Source of the DNA: Lophium mytilinum
Taxonomy: Eukaryota
Direction of reading: 5' to 3'
Assembly (NCBI GenBank): GCA_010093605.1
Contig: MU004182.1
Coordinates: forward strand, 1,969,195 to 2,033,194
Length of the DNA stretch: 64,000 bases
A program made the position numbers and the translations under genes. Positions 35,301 through 44,161 of this stretch are shown here, one piece after another (the first letter of the stretch is position 1; the number at the start of each line of letters is the position of its first letter). The notes under the pieces are model-generated. The model worked only from the letters and a program-made list of their open reading frames with translations, searched no databases and had not been told where the DNA came from.

Positions 35301-38300
35301 TCGGCCGACGTTGGCAGAGTGACTTGGCGAGTCGGCTTTCTTGTTGGCTGACGCGATGGTGGCTGCATCGTGGGTTGTTTGACGATACCAGTGACTGGAG
35401 CTTGGAAAGCTACCGAGTCTTCCTCTTTGTCGTACACAGGGATCGCTTCGTCCTTGACGTCCTCGTCGGAGACATCAGAGCTCTCGGAGAGCAGCGGGGA
35501 GAGTGTCCTTTGTCTCGCGGGAGTGGATACTACAGGATCCGGGGCAGGCTCTGAGTACGCTCTGGTGTGGCGTCGCGACGGCTCGGTCTGCTCATCGAGC
35601 GTATCATCCGAGACAGGAGTAGGCAGCTGCTCAAGGACACTGGCGATAGCTTCCAGAGCGGCAGGCAATTCTTGCTGCGCAGCTTCGAGCCATTGCTGTA
35701 TCTCCTCAATCGGCGCCTGGGAGGACGGCTTTCGCGAGATGCTTTGAACTCGAGTCAAAGCACGGGAGAGGGGCTTCGTCGAAACAACGCGCTCCAGCGC
35801 TTTCGGGACTTCATCAATAACGGAATCGATGGACTTACCTCGAAGATGCTGAGTGGGCGCTCTGCTCATAACCTGAGTGGGCGCTTTGGTCAAAATATTC
35901 TCCAGGTCTGCAGTGATGTTGTCAAGCTCGTCCATGAGTTGCGCTCGGGCTTCGGACAGATCTGACATCTCTCTTCGAGTCTTTCTCAAGAACTCCTCGC
36001 CATTGGATGATAATTCTTCCGATGCATCTTGCGCCTCATCTTGAAGGAGTGCTCTGGCTTGAGTCTCTGTTGGTGGTGAATACGAGGTTGGAGGCGGTGC
36101 GTCTTCAACGGCAGCGTTCTGGAACTGCTCTTCGTCTTTCTCGTCGGGCTTGGCCTCGAGATCAACACCAAGATCGTCAGCGGTAGACTCGACAAGGTCG
36201 ATAAGATCAGGTGCTGAGGTGACAGCTTTCTTCAATACGGCTGGGGGGTCATTGATAGTCGGTCCTAACTTTCCGGTCTTGCGCACGTTCAACCTTTGTG
36301 CGGCAGTCGGTGGACACGGAATGCAAGAAGTACTATCCTGAACACTCTGCACCAACACCTGCGATAGTCGTCTAAGCTCGGCGAGTCCTGGGTGAACCGC
36401 CTGCAATTCGTTGATGACCGAGTGAATGGCGCTGTCATGCTGTGTGATGAGCTGGTTAATGATGTCTCCCATGTCTTTGGCGAATGAGTCGTCGCAAACG
36501 TTGATCGAGATGGTTCTGCCACTTCTACCCTGACCGCAGCAATCCGAGGCTGATTGTCTTCTGCATCGAGATGGGCGACTCTTCGCCAGGCTACAGGGAG
36601 CGCATCTTGAAACTCCACACGATGGGACATCCGCGGGCTTGGACAGCACAGTGCGGCGTGGCTGGATTCGAGCTCCAGGATAGCCAAAATCTTTGGTGTG
36701 GCGGCGACCGAAGCCCCCACGGTCGTCGACATCGTCGGGAACAAGCTCATCATCGTCTTCTACAGGCTCGCTATTCCTGGTGGAAGACTCCGCAGGTTCA
36801 GACGCACTTCGACGGTGGGTCGAGCGTTTCCTGAAGTACTCATCTCGCGGGTCATCGGGTCCATCTCCACTTGAGCCAAAGTCACCGGGGACTATCTGTC
36901 TTGGCTGTGTCGACTTTCGCTTGGATTTTACAACAACCCCGTCATCAGGGAAAGAGACAGACGAAGTACGAGCTCTTTCCGACGGCTTCGGCTTTGGGTC
37001 ATCAGAACACTGAGTTGCACGCCGATTCGAGGATGTCCTAGGTTCAACCTGAGTAGACGACTTTCGCAAGCTAGACTTCCTCCGTTGCCGAATTCCCACA
37101 TCGAACGGCTCAGGGGGTGTAGCGTCATTTGTCTTTCGACGCGGATGCGTCCGAGAGCGTCCATCAGGTTCGGCGGTTGAAGGCCGGCGTGAAGTCTTGC
37201 GTACCGGTGACACTAGTTCTGCGTGATCGGAAGACTCTGCTGGATGAGTTGCAGCCGGGTCTGAAGGCAGTGGAGCCGTAGGTTTTTCCGAAAGACGTCG
37301 AGTGCTTTGCCTCCTAGGCTGCGCACATGATGCATCGTCGTGGTCAGCTGGCACTGATCTACTTGACAACTTCCGATCTCTAGGCGGTTTCCCGAGGGGC
37401 CCGGCATCGTGCGGTGGTACTTTGAAAACATTTGTAGACCTCCGACGCGATTTCGAATCAGTCTCGGCGTCTTTGTCTGGTGCGTTTGTGTCGACATTCG
37501 TTGATGCCTTGGTTGACTTTCGGCGGGACGTGGGAGTCCTTTCCTCATTTGTCGTTCCGTTTGTCGGTTCACTTACATAAAGCTTTGGCACTAGTTTGGG
37601 AGTTATCTCGGACTCATGCTGTGTTAGTGATCCATCCACCTGTCGCCGAACGAAGGGACTGGCTTGATGCGGCGGGTTGGCTGCATCTGGAGGTGGCTTC
37701 GAAAGCGGTAGATATTGGTCAGAGGGAGCTTCAGCGTCCTGGGAGTATTGACGCGACTTCAGCTTCGGGATGACCGCTTCCACGGCCACTGTTGCGTTCA
37801 CTTGACCCGCCTTGGTGGCTGGATTTGGAGGTTCCAGAGGAGTTGGTGGCGGAGGCTGCGTCCTGGTCTCCCAGTACGACTTCGCCGCCCCCACGACGGC
37901 AGGCTTCGAGGGTGAGGGGGAAGATCCTCGTTCCAGGAGACGTCCGTAGGGGTTCTTTCCCTGGAGGTACGCTGGGGATTTTGCCCGAGCAGGAACGATT
38001 TGGGGCTCGCGAAGCTCCTGGGTAGGGGTGAGGGCTGAACGGTGAACCGAAGAACGCCTGACTGGGGCTGGGTCGGCAATCTCAATCGGTGCTGGGCGTG
38101 GCTTCCTCCGAACAGAGTGCTCTCGGGCCTCGATGGATTGATCGAAGTCGTGCGAAGACGGTTGAGATTGACGGCCATTCGTGCTCGTGCTGGCCATAGT
38201 CGGCTGCGTTCTAGTGGCCGACGGGTTGTTTCGGGAAGTTGTCGGCTGGACCTGTCTCGGTGGATCGGAAGAATTGATGGCTTTGATGCGTGAGGCTATC

Positions 38301-38395
38301 GTACTTTGAGTTGGGTCGCGTCTAGGATTGGCTGGGGTTTTACCTCGATCTGATCGAGGCTGGGAGGACGGATCAGGCTGGGAGACTCGTCTCAT
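26324..38395 (-). CDS. Giant (4023 aa) intronless, low-complexity protein with dozens of S-R-[QKAV]-[PA]-T motifs
   Basis: Uninterrupted 12-kb ORF from ATG 38395; coherent repeats, acidic tracts and a short coiled-coil-like region. Confidence 0.9.
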   Translation of the reverse strand: MRRVSQPDPSSQPRSDRGKTPANPRRDPTQSTIASRIKAINSSDPPRQVQPTTSRNNPSATRTQPTMASTSTNGRQSQPSSHDFDQSIEAREHSVRRKPRPAPIEIADPAPVRRSSVHRSALTPTQELREPQIVPARAKSPAYLQGKNPYGRLLERGSSPSPSKPAVVGAAKSYWETRTQPPPPTPLEPPNPATKAGQVNATVAVEAVIPKLKSRQYSQDAEAPSDQYLPLSKPPPDAANPPHQASPFVRRQVDGSLTQHESEITPKLVPKLYVSEPTNGTTNEERTPTSRRKSTKASTNVDTNAPDKDAETDSKSRRRSTNVFKVPPHDAGPLGKPPRDRKLSSRSVPADHDDASCAQPRRQSTRRLSEKPTAPLPSDPAATHPAESSDHAELVSPVRKTSRRPSTAEPDGRSRTHPRRKTNDATPPEPFDVGIRQRRKSSLRKSSTQVEPRTSSNRRATQCSDDPKPKPSERARTSSVSFPDDGVVVKSKRKSTQPRQIVPGDFGSSGDGPDDPRDEYFRKRSTHRRSASEPAESSTRNSEPVEDDDELVPDDVDDRGGFGRRHTKDFGYPGARIQPRRTVLSKPADVPSCGVSRCAPCSLAKSRPSRCRRQSASDCCGQGRSGRTISINVCDDSFAKDMGDIINQLITQHDSAIHSVINELQAVHPGLAELRRLSQVLVQSVQDSTSCIPCPPTAAQRLNVRKTGKLGPTINDPPAVLKKAVTSAPDLIDLVESTADDLGVDLEAKPDEKDEEQFQNAAVEDAPPPTSYSPPTETQARALLQDEAQDASEELSSNGEEFLRKTRREMSDLSEARAQLMDELDNITADLENILTKAPTQVMSRAPTQHLRGKSIDSVIDEVPKALERVVSTKPLSRALTRVQSISRKPSSQAPIEEIQQWLEAAQQELPAALEAIASVLEQLPTPVSDDTLDEQTEPSRRHTRAYSEPAPDPVVSTPARQRTLSPLLSESSDVSDEDVKDEAIPVYDKEEDSVAFQAPVTGIVKQPTMQPPSRQPTRKPTRQVTLPTSAEAAAVQRDEKEPLPVERIPTQLPSREPTRQATLPASAEAAAVEQVEDEPQPVRRASTQLPSRQPTRQPTRQATLPIETTVDEEPLPVERVPTQLPSRKPTRQSTLPTSAEAAPVEQVEDEPRPVSRVPTQLPSRHGTRQPTRQATLLAEVNVDEEPLPVDRVPTQLPSRKPTRQATLPISAETAPVVQVEDEPRPLSRAPTQLPSRQATRQPTRQATLVVDVDVEEEQQTMERILTRKKTELPSRQPTGNLTPQVTHPLSEGSEVETSEEDFPTVSQIPSWRKTQLPSRQPTRKSTWKAKMPGSFDLDEAIELAEEELHLAEEELKPAGEEPQPAERISTRQKTRLPSRQPTRQPTRQATSQEPISHASSSSSLVDEAVDLEPEFEPEFEQTDRVRTRHPTTLPSRAPTFPHELAKEAGDESLSSDESEPEQEDEEEQPPEEGFILQTVTTTESIDPVELELEPLPEPEAISRRPTRRKSSLKSRSVTVRVPSPSEGTAAAAALVEEQPVIKELLPEAVTISRQPTRRKSSTKSRAATMRDPVPLEDAEAAAIEVEEQPQVEEPVPEPETVSRQPTRRKNSTKSRVATMQDPSPPEDAEAAAVQVEEQPEVEASLPQLETSSRRPTRRKSSTKSRTLTMRSLSPEGAIAEAEAEPEIVSRVPTRRKTSVVLEEPISRVDTRLTSTPSSVSSFSSSSEDSNVDEDYSEEEESEPDLESSSSEPSGEEVEEDEEIDEDWESSSEESAGDESTEDDVSDEETAEDQEDEGSEGEESSSSEPETVVEIRVPGEEQPRYETLRLTSSLSGGSSDEVADQPIVQSRRASTFHEVAPSSRKQSIIVATSSSSSGTSSEAPESEPVSRQVTRAVTRKATEQQPDQTPLVGPHQSKPVSRQVTRSITRPSNEAAPLPARQFSRSETTTSTPSMYRMRRDVFMSLSEDMKDEITSGREEVVEIRLIVPDKTPSPSDDFTEMLVQKDDSSSSSSMDSSSSTESTDVEEAFASSSSSSEVEQPETSTPSPPEVEPEAMPEEEHSAVASRQPTVVSRKPTIVSGQLSVVSMQPTIVSRQPTVVSRQPTATSEQSTIVSRQLTAVESRELGSYTIPLSKQPTRRRTDSDTFTVQDASRQPTRRLTVVKRRESRRSRSEGVPSAPLSESPIRYESEPELQVPVRRATTNLERHPTVHTRVPTTVERAATLVQAPEVELLRRATTKLEREPTRLEKTPSVLEREPIVPSHAALDLGVSVSGTPSDESVPPVVRRATTTPATATPGPEDISEESPVEQYIEANPEGQGLDKNPTLIEMTEDQLEDEFGSDASSSEFINSPPSEPIQFDELRSLEDLSSEQAVKALDRESSFAADMIRRDTSPPVEKEIAEVLDAERPEVPRRVSTGRSRLPWLAPRQPSVVSRQPTVVSRKPTRAPTDTPIFAEVVEDGFASQKPVVVSRKATKMSRQPTTISRQPTAEEQIPVVSRKSTAVTRAPTVLSRNPTTVSRQPTAFEGADPQANRETLPVSRKPTVVTRVPTVASRQPTELSRQPTFPYEELGPQLEEALPVSRKPTAVSRQPTVISRQPTLMDEPIPEAEETSLASRKPTVVSRQPTLVSRVPTALSKTPTVVSRQPTALSRKPTVKDESETSFPKVKTPYSRIKKAVREPEPEPEPESESEVEEDTHSEDEPWAVDEDQTVAPDSLDEEIYQEPTIEDQPPPLPPRAATRVSRQPTGVPTTREEVIEDEPVPLSSHSTFESELSEEIGESDPIDEYWSQDEEETPIATPLELPSEPTSQESSRTSTFEDNFTAEPEPEEDELEQTEPAPISRETSIGVSGQPTAASRRSTTFSPPEEQPAEPPPESVTTDVNVEEQLPASRSRQPSKVVSRHPTSRAEAPSRRATDAASRQPTRATTVTVAEPETESFETAQSRRQSVLDDSHALDNVYQDNQSLPQEFVDESDEFLDPESPPTEESLRTPPAQDATQVERQATLPAETEPTIGPRRQSRAPTEDLGREPASLGPPIPLETVPRRRKTQTNQPDYPIRDTPTWAKPDVQPIQQPPSEQPRKPSFRDRPRDKEPFQDAAPGQAPGSAPGGTQQRSRRNTAAPQKASSAPPSRSATIRTASRKSSAAPKEAQTAPSRNATIRSLTTSRQRTDALEKAHRVSVPSRTPTTRTATGDEPRHKSLQGQTSQPVCSKPPSRQATGYQAASFDGLGASPPVRAATSHPEPSRIEMLQEKNSESAEDWSPWNRHTSRPEANPEAQRDSRRPSGRESEAQAEALFLSKEAHGYSQARRPEREQAEHPQGASDTGRQNRRRSQVQAVDIFSPQEASWGRPGKDECLKAGTKFQIRSCQMARAQARQGTASSWRSSTERTSASEESRSTCKRPTIPLVPPLQETRPIRRTPARDSRRGEQSEAAQPPTTSAPDTSSLHELEDSAQGASATSYRRAVDGSDDAFEEVRPARRSSTRVPNVQGLKGVQRRGSRPAAQKEPGRKSSVQAILHSTSPSRTSEPQIQDPWRRRFSTWGPGPDRSLLSQGRVRAQAESSSSSSYCRPKIQRSNAQRISVKRASAAQRSSCSESSGSSARDVPKLRSAYHTAAETFKRIGAPSSGVSAEGSHTSSTGERATAAEKGTSGQHSSTPGSRTSTELGPRSGPTETASESNSFHGPSASALRGPRASLAAWLRKKAPKPSISSDRSSHRIVLRTESSLDVPRATGIGKPSYSAYERRPSGTVGELPANDGPRIHNDKQDPSARARADAQTTHGTGAFGQPRQGKSQHGATEKVASGSREANYTESSWATTTASVSDSNSDSIPIHVPPSSTPTPATPPRLQPLPAIHATASLLAFPNGSRDASDQVFHHREQPTSPEPPSAAWNRRLSGQDFNLAQPALRPPQPSTSRASSPRHERRESTFTAPPSVQRTLADTPGGPPSKPLGRRDMPDPAAESHIQRKDVGLAAAPERRATERIQGDGDRGEGVDEAEEGKGTVGKKGSWWSFGIGIGRK
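33400..33900 (-). repeat. Coding tandem repeat, 150-bp (50-aa) unit
   Basis: SR[RQ]PTRRK[SN]S.KSR codons recur at 33421, 33571, 33721 and 33871. Confidence 0.85.
34560..35360 (-). repeat. Coding tandem repeat, 216-bp (72-aa) unit
   Basis: AGCGGCTCTTCGTCGACA at 34833 and 35049; EPLPVERVPTQLPSRKPTRQ.TLP units. Confidence 0.85.
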
Positions 38396-38770
38396 GGATG
38401 TCGAGGACTGGTGTTGTTATGGGCTGAGAGTTCAGTGGATGGGTTGAAAGGGCTGTTGAGTAGGTGTTTGGGTGGCGTGCTGGTTGGTTGAAGGTGCTGA
38501 ATAGAACGATACTGAAGGCAATGAGTCGTAGGATGTAAATAGGAATGGGTCAAAGGTGCACACGTTAGAGCTGTTGAGTGTTTGGGAGTGGAGTCATGAG
38601 AAGGAAAGGAACAGAAAGCAGGACACGAAGGAACAGATGCAAGGCGCCAAGAAGTGCGCAGAAAGTGCAGGTGCTTCCTCAATTGCAGACCCGTGGGAAG
38701 TACCACCCGCTCCAAGCGGAAACTATACTGTACATCGCCGCCCTCAAGCTATGAAAATGCTATATACAAT

Positions 38771-39697
38771 CTACTTCAGAGCAGCTTGCAGACTCTCCAG
38801 AACCTTATTGCAGACCTGCATTAGCTTGATTGCAACTTGCATCTTTCGCATGTAGAGTATAACGAACCTCGAGCTCGATCTTCGCCTCGGCAATATCCTG
38901 TTCGCTGCCGCCGCCGGTGGCAACCTTTTGCGCTTCTGCGATCTGGTTCCGTACAGCCTGCTCGGTTGATTATATATCAGCGAATGTCAGTCCAGCACGT
39001 TCCAGGGAACTTACGTCGGCACTGAAGTCCTCGAGAGGGTATCCCTCCACGGCGTTGATGCTCAATTGCGAGTCTGGCTGAACCACGGCAAAGCCTCCAG
39101 ACACTAGAATGTCTTCCGTTAGCCTTCACGGTACGTTGTTGCTGCCAATCTCCTACATCCCCACAATCATCGCCATACGGATTCCCTCTAAGCCGAGTAC
39201 GCCAAAACGCAAGAGTTCGAGCAACGTACGGAAGAATTGCTTGCTGCCTCCGCTTTCCTCAATGATCTCCACCAAGCCGGGCTTCAATTGTTCGATCGAC
39301 GGAACGTGGTTGGCGAGAACACCCATCTCTCCGGACTCGGCGGCGAAGTTCACTTGTACACTAGATTGGCCGATGTTCAGTATAGAAGAGCAGAGTGTGA
39401 TTGAAGAGGTAGCCGGGCGACCGGTTGACGTACACATCTTGGGACTTGTAGATGGACTAGAGAGAAAGCTCAGTCAGCGCTCGAATCTTGAAGCCAGCCT
39501 CATAGAGACAGGGGATTATCCATTGAGCAGCATCAGATGCTTGCCGCGCCAGTGGAGATGCATACCTGGTGAGGGAGCGCCAGAGACAACTTGATCTTGT
39601 CGGCTACGGCGTCGGCGTATCCTCGTCGCTGGATCGGGGCGCGGAAAGTGGCGGGGCTCGCGCGGATGGCTGCCCGGGCAATGCGGAGAGAGCTCAT
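38771..39697 (-). CDS. ATP16: Mitochondrial F1-ATP synthase delta subunit, 6 exons
   Basis: Presequence MSSLRIARAAIRAS...RRGYADAV, then KIKLSLALPHQ, ESGEMGVLANHVPSIEQLKPGLVEI, SGGFAVVQPDSQLSINAVE, AEAKIELEVLESLQAALK*. Confidence 0.97.
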
Positions 39698-40841
39698 GGT
39701 GTTGTCGAGGATGGGGCGGATGCAATTGGTGGTGGAGAGCAGAGCTTGTTGTTGAGATTGGAGCTGGAGAAGCCGAAGTTTGTGCCAAGACATCACGTGA
39801 GCCCGAGACTGTATCGCGCTAAAAACTTCAGCTCTCAGCATCACTGAACATCTTCATCTTCGAGTCAAAAAAAGCCAGATCCTATTTAGACGATGGCAGA
39901 GTACCCTCTTTCTCATTCGGCTTGCATTCGGTGAGTCAGTCACGAGCTTGCATGAGACCTAATGAGCCGCAATCACAATACCGAACACAGTTCAAGATGA
40001 CCTATCTACGCAATATCTTTCATTAGTCGTTTTGAATGCTAGAAAATACAGAAATTCGCGATGTCCTTCGATCATCTTCCTTCGAACATCTTGGAACTGC
40101 GTTGCCGCGATCAGTCTACCTTGCACCCTTAGTCTCGATTTCTCCGTGAGTCCGTAAAACGAGCACGCTGGTGTTGCACAGTCATCTACAACACCACAGC
40201 TCTATCTCGGTAGAAAGTGTTGGAGGCTCTTAGAGTCACTCAAAAACAGTGACCTGACTGGCAGTGTAGCATACTTTGCATCACGACCCTGTGTTCTGTT
40301 CCATCTGGGGTGACTTCAGACGGAGTCAGCCAACCATGGCTTTACATCGTACGTATATTGTCACACCTTCCCTTGGTATTTGAACCTTTGGGATACGATA
40401 GCAGCTCATCATGATGCATTCCTGACAATTGTAAGCCATCTCCTGTATCCTGACTCGTTCCAAGGCGATTCGCTCCAGCATAGCGACCTTTCAACTGTGA
40501 TAGACACCCAACATGTTTCAGTCGCATTCGTATCCGAGACGACACGCTCGTAGATATCGAAAGCTTGTGCTTTACCCTTTACGACTGACCGGTGTCCCGG
40601 CACACGTCCTACAGCAGGCGCAAATCCACCAATGAAACCTGCCCAGACTTTCCAACCGGGGTAGGCACATCATCCCATACTCGCGCAGGGGTTCGATTCA
40701 ACAAGGCAGAAAATAAACTCTTCCAATACTAAACCCTGATTCCAGATGCCGCCGCTTATATTCTGATGACACCCGGCCTAGCTCTCCTTCTCAGCCTGCT
40801 AAGAGAAGCCAAGCGCCTCCTCCAAAAAAACAACACTGAAC

Positions 40842-41225
40842 ATGAAGCTCTCCACCCTCGTTGGCCTCACCATGGGTGTTTCCGCCGTGCGAGCGGTCGC
40901 GATACCAGCTGCTGAGGATCAGATCAGCCTCAACTATTAGAATGGCGTGACGACGTGTACCCAATGCAGTGGCAGGACGAATTGCAGGCAGGTAGACTGT
41001 AACGCTATGTTCAAGAGTACGTGGCACGGTGGCTCACGGATCGATATCGTCAATCTTGCTAATACAAGTGCATTCGGTGCCTTACAATATGCGGATGAGC
41101 AGGCATCACAGCGGGAACGACAGCGTCAGCAGGAAATGGATGAAGAATATGGAATCGGATGGACGATCGACTTTTATGGCAAAGTTATCCCGGGGAAGAA
41201 GCTAGAGGTTGCGGCAAGGGCGTAA
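40842..41225 (+). pseudogene. Small secreted Cys-containing protein (effector-like) with one in-frame TAG
   Basis: MKLSTLVGLTMGVSAVRAVAIP signal peptide, TAG at 40938-40940, frame continues TTCTQCSGRTNCRQVDC... to stop 41225. Confidence 0.7.
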
Positions 41226-41471
41226 GAAATCTTGTGCACAATAGGGCAAGTCGTGTTCGCAAGACTCACATATCTTGATTGGCGATAGGGATAGGTGATG
41301 AAGAATGTGCGTGGGAACACGATCTCCAAATTTTCAGACTGTTCTGAACATGCTTTTCGAAGGTAAACACAGTCCCAAGAATATCAGCCGACCTACCAAC
41401 CCCCCCAACCCCCCGTTCCTTCTTCCGCTCTCACAGCCTCAAAATCCCCCTTCCATCCATCCGTTCCCACC

Positions 41472-42329
41472 TCACCATGGCCTTTCCATCCCCATGATTG
41501 AAGCCCGCAAGGGAGGTCGACGATCTCTCGCCACCTTCTCCCGCCATTCCAGCTCATATATCTTCTCCGACAAGTCGTTCCACGGCTCTGCGTTCTTCCT
41601 TGGTTCCTTGTCGACTTTGTACCCTCGAAATTCAGCGTTGCTGCCAATGACGCCCAGCTCAGCCCTGCCCTCAAAGATGTTGCACTTGTTGTCCTCAAAC
41701 TCTAGATACCCAACGTGCTCATTATCCCAATCGGGCTGGATCAGAGGGGTGGCGTCGCGCATGTCGCGGCCACGCCATTGGAAGTAGATACGCCGGGGGT
41801 ATCTTTCCAGACCATGATCGGATTGATCGATGTAAGCCTTGCGTCGCTCCTCCTCCTTGAGACGGCGTTTTTCCTGCTGCATCTCATACCGTTCCGGATC
41901 CTCATCTTCTTCCCATCCATCGTCATCGCTATCATTGTCGCCTTCTTCTGCAGTATCACCGCCATCTGCCTTTCGATGCGCCTTCATAACATCGTCCAAA
42001 AGACTCGGAGTCATTTCCATCAGCATGGTCCCCTCTATCACCCCGAAGTTGAAATCCGCATCAAAAAACCAGCACCCCTCTTTGACCGTCTCAGAGATAT
42101 CCATTGTGAGCTTTTCGTTATCGTAGTAGTCGCTCAACGGGCCAGTGACAGCCTCGCACTCGATGACGTAGGACCCGGTGGCTCTCCAGAAGCCCCATTC
42201 TTTTGGGATGGGCTTGCGGTGCTGTTTTCGCATGTACTTGATGTGCTCTGCGAAGACTAGTCGCTCTTCCGGCGGTCGCTCTTCTTGAGACTGGGGTCTG
42301 TTTTTGTTTTGGGGTGTGCGGGCGCTCAT
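41472..42329 (-). CDS. Hypothetical protein with beta-rich domain and acidic insert
   Basis: 285-aa ORF; ADFNFGVIEGTM, IYFQWRGRD, GYLEF and FRGYKV motifs resemble a widespread uncharacterised fungal family. Confidence 0.85.
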   Translation of the reverse strand: MSARTPQNKNRPQSQEERPPEERLVFAEHIKYMRKQHRKPIPKEWGFWRATGSYVIECEAVTGPLSDYYDNEKLTMDISETVKEGCWFFDADFNFGVIEGTMLMEMTPSLLDDVMKAHRKADGGDTAEEGDNDSDDDGWEEDEDPERYEMQQEKRRLKEEERRKAYIDQSDHGLERYPRRIYFQWRGRDMRDATPLIQPDWDNEHVGYLEFEDNKCNIFEGRAELGVIGSNAEFRGYKVDKEPRKNAEPWNDLSEKIYELEWREKVARDRRPPLRASIMGMERPW

Positions 42330-43074
42330 TGTTTTGGCGTGGGGCCCGATGCGTTGGCCTTGATCGGTTCAAGTTTGATGATTGTGGCCTGTCGTGGTCC
42401 ATGCAACTCGACGTGAGACGTCTGATCGTAGGTTCGAGTTCGCTGTGAGTATGCCAGCCTACAGGTGAGTTCAGATGTGGTTCATTTTTTGACGGTCAAT
42501 TAGGTGCAGCTACCTTCGTAGCGCTACTCGAAAAACGCGGGGATAGTCGAGTCCACAAACATGGAGGAGGTAAGAGCACTGAGAATCCACAAAGTCAAAT
42601 ATCTGAAATGAAATGCTGGAATAGGTGAGCACGTGGCGAACGTCCACGTGGAAATGTGAGGTCCAACCTAATTCCAGACTAATGGAAGGATTTCTTCAAG
42701 CCATCAAAGTTGTCGGTACCTTGGCGACAGTAGCGAGAAGATCGAAGCGGCTCAAACGGCATCAAGTTTGCCAGTAGTCTGACACTAGACACTTTGAGAG
42801 TGTGCATTGATTTCATTGCATCCCACCATCACTCGAGGCCAATCTCATCTCCCACGCACGCGCGGGGCACAACTTCAATCCCGGGTCGTATATCGCACGC
42901 AGGAGGGGACGTCATCTTTTCCTCTTGCCTTTCATATGCTCTATTTCAACAAACTCTACTTCATAAATTGGATCTCGTCTCCTCTGATCTACGTCGAGAG
43001 AGCCTGATGAAGATATTCTAGCAAAGCATTGAAAAACTTGGCTTGTATCAATCACCGAGGCCCATAGAGCTCCT

Positions 43075-43713
43075 TCACTTCCCTCCAAATGCTTTCGCGA
43101 ACCCTTCCTGAAACTCGGCAGCAGTAGTAACGTATCCCCTACTCGTCAACACCTTTCCAACCATGATATCATGGACATCCTGAAACGGGTCCGCACACCC
43201 ATCCGAGATAGCCGTTACGACATATTCTGCATCACTAGCCGTAATCGCAGTCCTCATGACGCACCCCGACGTGCTCAGCCCAGTGAGAATCAGCGACTTA
43301 ATCCCCTTCTTCTCCAAGTAATCGCCCAGGCCAGGCGACTTGAGCGCAGACACGTGCCCCGGGACCCTCAAGAACGTAGCTTCGTCCCCGGTTCCTTCGA
43401 GCAGCTCGGCGGCCTCTTCGCCACCTCCAGATTTCATAGCAGCCGTGAGGCCTGCGAGCCTCTCGGGGTCTTTGCAAGTCGGGAAGGGCTTGGCGTTGAT
43501 GTCGATCAGGCAGTGGATTACCTGGATGCCTTGAGATTTCGCCCAGGTACGCATGTTGGCGGCAACTTCGAGAGCTGGGGCACCGACTGCGCCGGCGGGT
43601 TTTTGGACGAATAGAGAGTGGAAGTCTAGAAGGAGGAGGGCGGTTTGTGAGGGGCCATAGTGACCAGGTGTGGACACGTCGGCTGGATTGAAGGTGGCTG
43701 TGAGGCTCGTCAT
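43075..43713 (-). CDS. Isochorismatase-family cysteine hydrolase
   Basis: TALLLLDFH, GIQVIH, GIKSLILTGLSTSGCV and VTAISDGCAD motifs. Confidence 0.92.
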   Translation of the reverse strand: MTSLTATFNPADVSTPGHYGPSQTALLLLDFHSLFVQKPAGAVGAPALEVAANMRTWAKSQGIQVIHCLIDINAKPFPTCKDPERLAGLTAAMKSGGGEEAAELLEGTGDEATFLRVPGHVSALKSPGLGDYLEKKGIKSLILTGLSTSGCVMRTAITASDAEYVVTAISDGCADPFQDVHDIMVGKVLTSRGYVTTAAEFQEGFAKAFGGK

Positions 43714-44161
43714 GATAGTTGATGTCGATTCGGGGTTCGGCACAGGAGATAGTGGGATTCAGAAGTTGATGGGGTGTTTTCGCGCCTGGGTTCGGGAGGT
43801 AGGATTTATTCGCGTGGCTGGCGGCGCTCGGGGGGTCGTTGGGTGGCAAAGCTTCCTAGCAGATCAACAGACTTCTACGCGGCTTTACTAACTTTAAACC
43901 TTTGTAGGAAACTAGGATAACGGTGAAGAAGGGTAGGGCAATGATCGCTGTTGGCGGACATCGGGCGCACTCTCGGGGATAGTCAAACGGCGTTAGAGGT
44001 GGGAGAGCGAGCCAATCAGCTTGCTTTATTTTGGATGCTTCCGTTCAAGTCACGTGCTTGTTTTAACACGAGAAGAACGTGATTGTACTTTATAAGCCCA
44101 ATTTCTCAGCTTTTAGTTGCAGTCTTTCTGAGAACACGTTGAGTTTGAACTGGCAATCGGT

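Noticed and set aside
26495..38293. Many plus-strand ORFs inside the giant gene
   Set aside because: Short antisense shadows of repetitive coding sequence with no recognisable motifs.
26324..38395. Identity of the giant ORF as the Woronin-body tether Leashin
   Set aside because: Size and acidity fit, but I see no poly-lysine repeats or other Leashin hallmark.
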